From contig JBHGNT010000002.1 of assembly GCA_043228905.1 (NCBI GenBank), positions 12,710,001 through 12,774,000 on the forward strand: a stretch of 64,000 bases of DNA. Reading direction: 5' to 3'. The stretch comes from Azolla caroliniana. Taxonomy: Eukaryota > Plantae > Polypodiophyta. Every line of letters begins with the position of its first letter. Position 1 is the stretch's first letter. Below are positions 38,501 through 51,000 of this stretch, one piece after another. Both the position numbers and the translations under genes were made by a program. A model generated the notes under the pieces. The model saw nothing but the letters and a program-made list of their open reading frames with translations, did not search any database and was not told the origin of the DNA.

Positions 38501-40730
38501 GGGTGCTTGGGCAGGTCATAGAGGAACATGGGCGATGTTCGAAAAGTTGAAGGAGAAGTACTGGTGGCCAAGCATGTACAAAGATGTACTCCATTTCGTG
38601 TCCACATGCGAAACTTGCCAAGTATATTCAAATATACGTCATCGTGATGAGTTAAAGCCAACATACCCACTCACCATACACTTCAAATGGATGGTGGATC
38701 TAGTCTCGATGCCAATGGGAGTGGGACAAATGAAGTACTTAGCACTCGCAAGGGAAGACTTGACAAATCAAGTGGAAGGACGAGCCTTGACAAATAAGAC
38801 GACTTCAGCCGTTTGTAAATTTTTACTTGAAGATGTTGTTTGCCGATATGGATGTGTAGGGAAGATAGTGGCCGACCGAGGGGAGTTGGACGCGCACGAA
38901 GCGACGGAGCTCTTCGAAAGACTAGGGGTGAAGCTCTCCCTCACGACTGCCTACAATCCGGAAGCAAATGGGAAGATCGAGCGAGGGCATGGACCTATCG
39001 TTAAAGCCATCGTACGGGCATGCAACGGTCAAGTCGGGAATTGGCCACGACTATTACCCTATGCCTTGTGGGCCGATAGAACGACACATAGCTCGGTGAC
39101 AGGGTATATGCCGACGGAGCTTATGTATGGACAAAAGCCGATTATGCCCATCGAAAGGACGATCGCCTCATGGGTAGCGATACCGTGGGAGAACGAGATG
39201 AGCCGAGAAGAGTTATTAGCGACGCGGATAAGGCAACTTGAAAGAAGACCTGAAGATTTAGAAAAAGCGCGAAAGATGATGAAGGCAGCCCGAGTAAAGA
39301 ACAAAGTTCGGTTCGACAACACGCATCGACTTCGTCCCAAGAAGATTGAAGAAGGGGATTGGGTTTTGGTCTACGACAACACCCTTGACAATCAACATAG
39401 TACAACAAGGAAGTTCGCAAGAAGATGGTTCGGGCCGTATGTGGTGACAAGTGCCAACGATAATGCCACATACCACCTTGCGGAACTAGACGGATCAAGG
39501 TTGGCCGTACCCATTGCGGGAAAAAGAGTAAAGCTTTTCAAGAAAAGACAAGACAAGGATCCTGACCTCGATTACCTCGACGATGAACATAATAGGCCGG
39601 ATGAAAATGAAGACATGGAGGAATCTAATTGATCATCATAGCCGAAATCTCACTTCTTCTCTTCTTGGCACGTACCGGAGGACATGCGGTTTGGTGGGGG
39701 TGGATGTCGTGAAGATTTTCGGCAATAGTGTGAAAATCCCATAAAACGTACAAAATCGAGTATGAATCATGTAATACAATAATTGTGAAGATAACATTTT
39801 TAATATCTAAGTACAAAATGATGGAGGTTTCGAATGCACTTTATTACACGAGAAATGGACAACTAAATGTCAAGATATGAGGGTATAAAGTTGTGAAAAG
39901 AAAAGAGAAAATTCTGAGATATCCCACATAGGCACGACAAATACGGCTCTCATCATATATAAGGTGGAGCAAAAGATATTATCTTTGTGTCTATGTGTGG
40001 AGCATAGAGAGTTCAAGGTAACTTGAACTTAGAGTGGAGGTGGCTAGCTACTCGAAAAGGGTTTTGGCCAACCAAAACCGGACCGGCGATGGAGCCGGTG
40101 ATCCGACGGTATCCGGCGGCAGCGTCCGGCGTCGGCATCGGCGTCCGGTGGCGGCACCGGCATCCGGCGTCGACATCCGGCGGCGGCATCTGGCGTCGGC
40201 ACCGGTATCCGGCGAACCGACGACTAGATAAAATAAATATATAAAAACATATACATATTTACATATACAAGGAGGGCAAGTATGGATTCGAACCTTGCAC
40301 CTCCAAGTTAGGAGTCAAATGGCTTACCATTAAGCCATAGTATTTAGTTGAAATTATATTTTTATCATTGTACTTTTACATGTAAATTCTCATCCATGAG
40401 TGCTAAAATGAGTGACATGGTTAGCATGCACCACATGTAATACTTAAGCGCCAAATGGCAAACATGCAATTTATGCATGTCTTGTACCCTCACATGCATC
40501 ATGTGCATGAGAGCATCTATAAAAGAGGGAAGGGGGAGGAGAAAAACATGGTTTTTTTTTATGAAAATTAAGAAGAAGAAATTCGTTATCAAATCAATCG
40601 TGTAATCTCATCTTCTCTCTTTCCCAATCTTTCTTAAGTACTTTCTCGCCAAACGACTCTAAATCCTTCTGGTCCAGAACCCCGGCGGTTCCGCCTCACG
40701 ATCCGCGCGTAGTGACGGATCTTCACGACA
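35550..40730 (+). mobile_element. Ty3/gypsy element B (gag end, PR, RT, RNase H, INT, PPT, 3' LTR 39705-40730)
   Basis: LIDHGSEIN, LPQGATNS..FLDDI, DTSPTGIG, ADRGEL and YNPEANGKIERGH. The LTR has 12-bp inverted ends TGTCGTGAAGAT..ATCTTCACGACA. A few stops and one deletion. Confidence 0.93.
40275..40347 (-). promoter_or_regulatory. tRNA-like A box/B box segment inside the LTR
   Basis: TGGCTTAATGG (A box, D-stem GGCTT/AAGCC) and GGTTCGAATCC (B box) at tRNA spacing; acceptor and anticodon stems pair poorly. Confidence 0.55.
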
Positions 40731-41330
40731 ACGTATCAAGTTCCTGTATTATGTTTGCGTTTTAAACAGGATCTCGATACGGCGTATCGAGTTCCTATAG
40801 TATGTTTGCGTTTTAAACAGGAACTCGATACGCCGTATCGAGTTCCTATATAATGTTTGTGTTTTATACAAGAACTCGATACGACGTATCGAGTTCCTGT
40901 TTAAAGTTGTTGTTTTAAAGAGGAACTCGATAAAAACACAAACATTATACAGGAACTCAATACGGAGTATCGAGTTCCTGTACACAGTTTGTATTTTCCT
41001 GTATATAGTGTGTGTTTTAAATAGGACCTCGATACGGCGTATCGAGTTCCTATGTTATGTAACTCTTTTATAGAGGAACTCAATATAGTGCATCGAGCTC
41101 CTGTTTTATGTTTGTGTTTTATACATGGACTCGATACGGCGTATCGAGTTCCTGTATAAAGTTCCTGTTTTATATAGGAACTCGATACACCGTAACGAGT
41201 TCCTGTGTAAAGTATGAGTTTGATACATGAACTTGATACCCTGCATCGATTTTATGTATAGACACGAACTATATACAGGAACACGATACGGCGTATCGAG
41301 TTCCTGTATAAAATAAGAACTTTAAAGAGG
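40731..41330. repeat. Array of 29-bp palindromes AGGAACTCGATAC-NNN-GTATCGAGTTCCT at a 51-bp period
   Basis: Units at 40768, 40819, 40870, 40921 (half), 40951, 41023, 41074, 41125, 41176, 41227 and 41277, plus a half unit cut by the LTR at 40731. Confidence 0.95.
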
Positions 41331-41832
41331 AATATTGTGTCTTTAGGGCAACAATTTAGTATTGTGTGAAAGGAGGATATCAAACTTTCTGTCAAAATCA
41401 GTCTTTTTTTAGGGTGATTTGCCTTATTTTGTAACAAATAGGGGCCTTAATTATAGAGGTTTTATGACCTAATATAGCTTAAAATAGTAGAAAATAACCC
41501 ACAAATTACCTTTACGATACCAAATTCAAGTCTATCATATGCAAATGCTCTAGAATATGGATATGCAATCAATGTAAGCCATACCTACCCTTCAAGACAA
41601 TATATATCCTTGTATACTTATTAAGATATATATTTTCTAAGTTGAATAGCCCTTACTAGAATGGATATATGAATAAAGGACTACCATGTTCACTCAATGC
41701 ATGATTGATATTTATAGTTTACCACAAATCGCCTGCTAGTTTATGTCTTCATCTAATTATTTGTATTTTAATATACAACCTTAATCTACGTGACCACCTA
41801 ACTTATGTTTTCGCATGTCCTTTCTTAAATAG

Positions 41833-44800
41833 GCCGTTTGAGAACTTGTCGGACCGACCTGTGAAGAAGATAAAGCTCCGCATACAGGGTTCTCCAATTG
41901 AAACACAGACCCTAATAGCTCCCGAGAACATGAAGAGAGGAAAAAAGCTTCTCTTCAACGAGGAGACAAAATCTCAACCACCCATTGAGGTTAGCCAAAA
42001 TAAACTATTAGCAGCTATAGGTGGTGAAGACCTTCCTGACCGTGATCTAACGGACAAGGAATGGTGTATGCAATACGTTGACTCCAAGAAAAAAGTCGTA
42101 TTGTATACAACAAAGAAGAAGGGCGAGGGGCAGCTTGAAAATGAAACCCCATTTATGTATGGCCATATTCTACGATTTGACTACGAAGATGCAGATTCAA
42201 CCAACATACTTGTAATGATAGAGTGCTCTAAGGGGGTACGTAAAGTGTTCCTTTCTGAAGATCTTCTAGTAAAGGAATCTTGTGGGCTAGAAGCTTTCAA
42301 AAAGGATCTACAAAGCTCACAAAACCTTATTGTTACCTTGAGGCCTTATATATAAGGCCATGTAACTCTAAGGGAGCCATTGCCCTCCCCAGTGAAGGCC
42401 ACAAAAAGGGCATCTAAAGTACAATCAAGACCACCAAAATGTCGGACTCCGACTTATCAAGTGAAAACGAAGATGAAGACACTAAGGGGATGCCAGGAGC
42501 TGAGCTGGCATCGGGTGTGTTGTCATCCGAGCAGAATAAGATACAGAGAGAGTTAATGTAGCGTAAACTGGTCAGGAAAGGGCAAGTGTTTAATTTGCCT
42601 ATAACACACATCCATCGGCCCCCTATTGATGAAAAAACAGGACGAAGACCACTTGAGATTAGAGAGCCATACCGAATGCATGTTCAAAATCTCAAGAAAA
42701 AAATGAAAATTAATCCTCATGCTACCGTTGTGCCTTTTATTGTTATGGTGGATCCTGAAGAATGTGAAACCATTGAAGATTTTGATATAAGAAAGCATGA
42801 TCAATATAATTACTTTGTCATTGGTGGATTTCATTCAACGGAGGCACGTCGGCAACTTGTGAGAGAACATCCAACGACTTTCTTCTTCAAGTATGCCGAG
42901 TGCAAAATTTACGTGGGTCTCACAACTGAAGAGGCAAAGTTGTTGGCATGGGACCACAATAACAATAATGACTATAGGCAGAAAAAGTCATCGATTGAGC
43001 ATATAAGGTTCTTCCACCACGAGTATTTGGACGTCAAACAAAAGTTTGGTGTGAAGCTACATCCAGGCCTACGACGTCAATGCTTGCATGAAGTCGGCAT
43101 TGTGGTAGATGATAATGTTAAGTCCGATGGTCTTCGAAAATATGAGTCTTGGTCTCAACTGGCCTTTAGAGATGGAGAAGTATGGGACCTACAAGATCAA
43201 ATCTTCTCAATGTGGGAGAATAAGGAGGTCAAGGGTCAACGATAAAAGAAATGTAAGGTTGACCCTCAACTAGAATTAAAGTCACAAGCGGCCAAGAACA
43301 TTGACTTGACAATTGAAGAAGTGGTTGACGACATGAAATTGTCTCTGTGGAGAGCGATGCAAGGTATGAAGGACGAGCAACTTCTTGTGTCTATTTTGTC
43401 AAGGGTTGTGGCCAAAGATTTAAGCCTTGAAGAAATGGTCACTGAGTTCAATAAGTAAGTCTTTTAAATACTGATATTGAAGTCTATATGGTGCAATTGA
43501 AAGTTCTAATCTCGTTTTCTAATTCACAGTCATAAGGTGTACATGAAGATCCAAGAAGTTATGATGAAACAACTTGGATGTATAACTTGGGAACAAGTGA
43601 CTGAGGATTATCCTCTAACGTCTTCATATAAGGCATTATCGGAGTATTTTATTGCATTCAAGGATTGAGTTAGTATTGGTGGTTTTTCATTAAGCTTTCA
43701 TCATATGTAGAGCTTGTATAATAAAACTTGATGTCCTATTGCTTCTATTAGAAACCGTGTCGTGGCAAGAAATAAGGAGAAGTTAAGGATATACACGGTT
43801 TCCCGACATCCTTCCTTGCACATCTTGAGAGAGCCAAAAAAGAAAAGGATCATCGCTTAGTCAAGGCGTACGAAATGGAGGAAGATGGCTCCTTCAAAAA
43901 TTTTAGCCACAAAAAAGATATTACGAGAGATCTTTACTACAATGTGGTTTGCGGCGATGTCGTGGACATGATCCAAAAAGTGCCAAAGAAGGAATATCCG
44001 CAATCAAGGATTTTGTTGAGCTAACGACTGCATCCTTGTGGAGAATAGTTGTCTTTCATAGTATGGACCAAGGGTACTCGGTAGCTCAAGCTTTGAGATC
44101 TCGTTGCCATGGCATTGAGAACCTTGCATGGTAGAGAACCTTGCATGGTAAGGATTATTTATAGGTCTTATTCACTATATTGCCTTTCTTAAGATTGTTC
44201 AATCTATTCTTAACTCGATGTAATATTTTTTATAGGATAAAAACCAATGTAAATAGAGGGCCAACCTTTCGGTTCGTTAATGTGATTGAATACATCATGG
44301 TTGGCTACTTCGATGAAATTAAGAAACAAAGAATCAAGGAGCATTCTAATGAAGTGGGAGGTTCAAATCTGCTGGTATATCCAGCAGTGACACGGAAATT
44401 GCGACATGTCACCACGACAGAACAGGGACTTGCCAACCCATACCAAAAACCTCAACGACTTATGATGCGCTTGATCGAGATGTTTTCTATCGAAGGAGAC
44501 TGGATATTAGATCACTTTTCTGGCACAGGTATTCCTCGAACTAGGGTAACGATCTTGAGATAACCAATACCAAATCTTTTTTGTTTGAGAACTAATTCTT
44601 CTTGTTACTTTCTTCACGGGAACGACGTCTGCATGTCCATTGAAGCTCTTTAGAAACACAGTTGCATTGGAGAAGGACGAGGAGCAGGTTATATTTATAA
44701 ACATGAGGATTAAGGCTTTGTGGGAGTGCCTAGACCAGGACGAGGAGGTCGGTGCATAGAAACTCGCTGATATAGAAAGGTTTCAACTTGCTTCGTGAGA

Positions 44801-44972
44801 GCCTATTCCTCTGTTAGCCGGGGAACCGGGGGAGCTAATAGAGCTTGATGATGAGCTTATAGAAGATATTTCGTTGGCTCGGCTAACAGGGGAAGCCAAT
44901 GCACGTATAGCCGAAGAGACTTCTATACAGGATGATGAAGAAAATGACATTGACGATTTGATTGCTATGTAA
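41833..44972 (+). pseudogene. Spliced ParB/Srx-like domain + beta-class DNA N4C/N6A methyltransferase fusion, decayed
   Basis: ParB-like: VVPFIVMV..YFVIGGFHSTEARRQL..CKIYVGLTTEEAKLLAWDHN. MTase: VVCGDVVDMIQKVP, WIKTN..IEYIMVGY, NPYQKPQRLMMRLIEMFSIEGDWILDHFSGTG|TTSAC..RNTVALEKD. Introns ~43455-43529, 43669-43751, ~44131/44148-44235 and 44529-44619. Several stops and frameshifts. Confidence 0.8.
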
Positions 44973-45404
44973 TAGACTCTATGAAGAAAATGACATTGAC
45001 GATTTGTTTGGATTTTACATTATTAATACAAATTTTGGGTTTTACTTGGTGGATTCTATTCTTTATAATCTTCTATATGTTTCAATTTTATTTTTATATA
45101 CTTGGTTAGTAGACTTATGACATTGGTTTCACCGTATGCATAGTTGACTACCAAATTTATGGAGAAACATGAATTAGTTTAAATTGAGGCTGATTTTGGT
45201 CCAAGTTTACCTTAACATAACATGGTCGTAGAATTGTTGCCATGACTGTCCATGTTGTTATTATGGATCTTTGTCTTCTATTGTTAAAACTATTATGTTT
45301 CTATTCCATTGCTACTTAGATTGTGTAGTGTGTTGATAATGGTTCTACTAGCGTTATCCGCATGTTTTTATACGCTTGTAGTTCCATTAGCGTTATCGTT
45401 CAGA

Positions 45405-45680
45405 GTTTGATCCCGTGTGAATCACCTAAGCAATAGAGTAGATCAATTTTAAATACAAGTATGAAAGCCTTAATAGGTTTGTTATTTCCACCACATTATC
45501 CTAAAGTTCACTGTCTTACATTGTCCACAATTATATACATATGGTTTGATCCCATATGAACAAACTGAGGAATAGATGAGATCAACTTTAAATACAAGTA
45601 TTGAATACTTTAATAAGTTAGTTATTCCATGTACATTATCCTAAAGTGCACTATCCTACATTGTCCACAATTATATACAT
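45405..45680. repeat. Two diverged ~139-bp tandem units
   Basis: gtttgatccc...acattgtccacaattatatacat at 45405 and 45544. Confidence 0.85.
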
Positions 45681-48005
45681 GCACGTATGGGTCAAATTAT
45701 AAATTATAACTCATTTTATTAGTATGGTTACAAGTACACCTCATATTTTTGTAAAACTTACCAAATTAATATAAGTCTTTAACTTAGTGTTTCCCATGTC
45801 GCACCTTAGTGACATATTGAGCCATTGTTGAACTTTATTATGCCTACATTAACTTATCATCACGTCCAAACTTGCATGAATTCTAATGATCTCCACTCGT
45901 ACACCTATCATGTATTTTTATATTTGCAAATTCTAATCAAGTTATGGAACATGTGATACTAGTGCATCCAATTTTTGTAGAGAGGGTGTATTTGGATAGT
46001 TTCAAGAAGATTCTACAAGTGGAATGCGCAATCCTTCCACTTGTGAACATGAACGTGTTTTATACTGTGTCGGCAAAGTAGTAACGGTCGACCGAACAAC
46101 ACAGTATAATTTTGGCACGCCCGATTACATTTGCACATAGCAAAGAACAAGACGAATGGATGTCATTTGATCCTGATACACCAGTCGGTTGTAAACGTCC
46201 TCGTACGCGTTCTGTTACGAAGATGCTAGATACAGAATCGGCTGAGGAATTACAGCCGGAAACAAGTAGAAGGTGGTCTGTACTTCTTGACGAAAATCAG
46301 CCGGAAGAAGTATCATTTTATGATATCTGGAGTGAGGACAATATGCCTTATCCGTATTCTAAGTTCCGTGAAGGAACTGATGCAGAAGTGCATTTGAGGG
46401 ATTTCTTGACAACATGGGAGATTAACCATGGGGTTTAGAGACTGTCGGCGACAGCCGAAGATAAGTCTAAGATTGCTGAGTTTGTTTTGTCATTGGAGGG
46501 TTATTCCGCTATTGGTTTGCACAAAATGGTCTCCGTGGGTTCGAAACATTCGAACAATTGACGAGCAAATTTTTGCAGTTATTTCATCGTCAGATACCTC
46601 AAAAGGATTTGATAGCGCAATTTTATGCGTTGTATCAGGAGCAACAGGAAACAGTGTCTCAATTCGTGATTCGTTTTCAGAATTTACAAATTCAAATTTC
46701 TAGGCCTATTCCGGACAATGAATTGAAGGATGTATTCCTTGAAGCAATTCGTGAACCATTACGAACAACACTGAAGGTGTTCGATTTCCGGAATCAGAAT
46801 ATCGAGCAAGTGATTGATAAGGCAATCACTATGGGCCGACAACTGATAAATGTACGGAGTATGGATATGTCAGCACTAAATCGTACACTGCCAACGATGG
46901 AGGACTTACAATTTCAACAAGCAGTTTAGTGTACTACTTGTTTAAATACTGGTCATTCGGCGATCGAATGTAGTCCACGAATGCATTGCACAATATGTCA
47001 TGCTAAACTTCATTCCGTCGAGCAATGTGAGTATAACTTGCTCAATAAAACAAACAAATTTTTCCAGAAAACGGGTACCACAATAACCGGAATTTGTTCA
47101 ATAATGGCTACCAACAGAATAGTTTTCCACAAAAACAGCATAATTTTCAACAAAATCAAGGCTTTCAGCAAACTAATTTTAAACAGAATCCAACTTTTCA
47201 ACAAAATAATTTTCAACAAAATCAAGATTTTCAACAAAATCAAGAATTCTCGGCAGTACCGAATATGAATCAGCAACAGCAAAAAGGAGGACGGTTTAAG
47301 CAAAACCGGTATAAAAATAAAAAATTCTACAAGTCAAAAGCCTCACGACAGTTTCAGCAATCACCGAATTCCAATGGGAATGATGGTCAACAATTTATGC
47401 AAAATGATGGGACTGGTCAGTTTGTGCAAGGTGAGGGAAGTGGAACGTTTGTTCCTACTTGCTATATTTGCCGTCAAACTAGTCATTATGCTAATCAGTG
47501 TCCTGCTAAAGGAAAAGGACCGGCGGTTAATATGGTTATACCAGAAATACAACAAGTAACCACTAGAAGCAAAAGTAAACAATCTAAGTGGGAGATTCAG
47601 GAAGCAGTCCGTAAAGCAGCCAAGGAATGCATAGAGGAAGCAAACCAAAATAATGTAAACCGGATGCTCCAAGACAATGAAATTAACCAAGCTACCAAAT
47701 TACCAGGAGCTACGGTTGTACCAGAACAAGAGGAAACTTGGAAGATCTTGGCAGATTGCCAAGTATCACTACCACTGATCGGATTACTTAAGTTGGTTCC
47801 TAGATTTACCGAAAAGGTGGCGACATTGATTACCCAAAAAGGGTCAGAACAAGTATCAGGTTAGAAAAGGCAAAACGAAAATCCGGGTGTCTATATAGAA
47901 CAAGGTTGCGACAAGCAAACAATGTTTGCCAGTGCGTGCTGAGTCCGTCAATATGATGGAAGGATTAGACGAGGTCGAAGAAAATCAGTATTTTGATGAT
48001 AATCC

Positions 48006-51000
48006 TGTTAGGGATTGACGCTTTCGAAAACCTTCACCTCCCGGCCACAACCGAGGAAAACACGAATCAATGCAGCAATAAATCGAAAACACAGAGAGAG
48101 ACTCGAATGCACAGGGTTTAGCATGGAAAACCCTAGACGGGAAAAACCACGGGAGTGCAAGACTCCAACTATCACTATACGCAGGGAATGTACAATGGCG
48201 AGCTGCAAGGCGACGACCTTGAGCTCGCTGTCCTCGCCACAGGCGGCGGTGTTACACAGAGGCGTCGACCTCTTCCTTTCTCTCTCTCTCACTCTCTCTC
48301 TCGGCTGCTCTCACTTCGCTCCCTCTAAGTGAAAAACAGAAAAATGAGCAACAACTACAAAACTGTTTGCCCTAAGTCATATTTATACACATATGACTTT
48401 TAGGCGATTTACAAATATAGCCTCGAGGGCCCTTGGCAAACATATTCACAAATATGTCCCCGCATCCGGATCTCTCTCCGGGTACATTCGTCATCCGGCT
48501 CCGTAGCCAGGGTCTTCATCATCCGGATCCGAAACCGGGTCTTCATCATCCGGTTCCGATACCGGGTACTCCTCATTCGGGTCTTCATTCCCGATTCCCG
48601 GACATCTGACCATCCCATCCGGAGGGACCGTAATCCCAACAAACTCCCCCTTCACTTCGGCATGGGATGTCTTTCCAGTCCGACCCTCTTCCGGCACGCT
48701 TCCAGCTTGTCGGGTGTGAGCACTTTGGTCAGCATATCTGACCCGTTCTCGTCCGTGTGGATCTTCGTCAGCACGAACTCCTGGTCTTCTATCCTTTCCC
48801 GGATCCAGTGATATCTTCGCTGGATGTGCTTCGTCCGGGAGTGATAGGCCGCGTTCTTCGCAAGGTGGATGGCACTCTGACTGTCGCAGTAGAGTCGGTA
48901 CTCCTCCTGCCGGATACCGAGCTCTCTAATGAAGTCCTTCATCCATATTATTTCCTTGCCGACTTCAACAGCCGCCATGTACTCCGCCTCCGTGGTTGAC
49001 AACGCAACCGTCTTCTGTAGCCTCGACTGCCACGAAACAGCTCCCCCTGCATACGTCATCACATACCCTGATGTGGACCGTGTTAAGAAAACGTGAAGAA
49101 GGCACTCGGGCTCTTCTTATGTGCGCGGCGGATCGTAGTGTGCTGGATCGTTAGCGTGCTCTAAACAGACAGAGAAAGGAAAGGGGACTTACCTCTGTAG
49201 TAGCAAAATGGTTTTCTTCTATTACATGTAGAGCTCAACTTGCTCTCGTCAGTCTTCTGGTCTCTCACTCTCTCTCAGAGTTCTCTACTCACTATTCTCT
49301 GTTTTTTCTTACTGCTTACTTCCTATTCACTCTCACTTACTTTTACCTAAGTCATAAGTTATTACACATGCAGCTAATTAGCTGCCAGTAGCTAATTAGC
49401 TGTCAGTCGCTAAATAGCTGTTCACTAGCTAATTAGCTGTCACTAGCTAAATAGCTGTTTTACCTTTTTGTTCACTAGTAGCTAAATAGCTACTATAGCT
49501 TATTTCTCATAAGCATCACATACCATGTTGAGCTTGCTTCTCAACACTCCCCCTCAAGCTCAACTTATCCTTTGTTGGGGTTCTCTTCAATCTTCTTTTC
49601 CATTTTGCTTTTTAGCCATCTCATCAATGTTTACAACTCCCATCATGTTCCGAAACTGTGTATGTTTTTCCACACTCAATCCCTTCGTAAGGATATCAGC
49701 AACCTGCTGATTTGTATTCACATACACCAGATCAACTTCACCTTCCATCACTTTTTCTCTAACAAAGTGATAATGCACCTCAATGTGCTTTGTTCTTGCA
49801 TGGAACACTGGGTTCTTTGCAAGCTGAATGCTGCTCATATTGTCACACCAGATTGTGACAGCACCATCTATATATACTCCCAGATCAGCAAGCAGTCTTC
49901 TGATCCATACTTCTTCACATGTGGCTATTGCAGCCCCTCTATACTCAGCTTCTGTGCTGGACAATGCAACAGTAGCCTGTTTCTTGCTACTCCATGAAAT
50001 TCCTGCACTTCCCAAGGTAAACATGTATCCACTTGTGGATCTCCTGTCTGTTTGGCTTCCGGCCCAATCAGCATCTGTATATCCTTCCAGATTTATGTCT
50101 AGATCAGCCCTGTAAAATAGTCCAAAGTTCTGAGTTGCTTTTACATACCTCAGAATCCTTCTGATGCAGTCCAAATGTGGCTTTGTTGGCTGTTGCATAA
50201 ACTGGCTGACTAATCCAACTGCATAACTCAAATCAGGTCTTGTTATGGTCAAATAAATAAGGCTGCCCACCATAGACCTGTACATGTTTACATCTTCTAT
50301 TTTGGCTCCCAAATCAGCCCTCAATTTGCAGTTTTTATCAAGTGGTACAACAATAGGTTTGCATCCAAGCATACCATACTTTTTCAACATAGTTGTTCCA
50401 TACTGTTTTTGCAACATACATATACCACTTTCAGATCTGATGATTTCAATACCAAGAAAATATCTCAGATCTCCCAAATCTTTCATATGAAACTGCATTT
50501 CCAGATTTTTTTTCAACTTTCTTATTTCATCCACGGAATCTCCTCCAATAATCAAATCATCTACATAAATCAGAATAATAACAATGCAATCATTTTCACT
50601 TTTTACATACAAAGAAGGATCAGCTTTTGACATTTTGAAACCAAGATTTTTCAGAGAATCTGAAAGTTCTCTGTGCCATGCTCTTGGTGCCTGTTTCAGT
50701 CCATAGAGAGCTTTTTTCAGCTTACATACATAATCAGGATGTTTCTTATCTTCAAAACCTGGTGGTTGACTCATATACACTTCTTCTTCCAAGTTACCAT
50801 GTAAAAAAGCATTTTTATGTGATGCAAAATCCATTTTCTGGCTGCTCCTACAGCAAGTAGTGTTCTCAAGGTTGCCATCTTTGCAACCGGTGCAAAAGTC
50901 TCATCATAATCAATCCCTTGCATCTGAGCATATCCTTTTGCAACCAATCTTGCTTTATGTCTACTTACATTCCCATTGGAGTCATGCTTTGTCTTGTAGA

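Noticed and set aside
40731-41330. CRISPR array
   Set aside because: The 22-bp linkers resemble each other (TGTTTGTGTTTTATAC-like) instead of being unique, there are no cas genes, and the context is eukaryotic.
41833-44972. Bacterial or phage contamination as the source of the ParB-MTase
   Set aside because: It has spliceosomal-type introns, is contiguous with plant LTR elements, and shows the same stop-codon decay as neighbouring TEs.
39705-44972. MTase as cargo inside gypsy B
   Set aside because: The PPT and a complete 3' LTR end at 40730, so the array and gene lie outside it.
48008-48697. ORFs repeated at 48008-48697 and 58186-58842 as duplicated genes
   Set aside because: They are incidental frames in the two LTRs of copia X.
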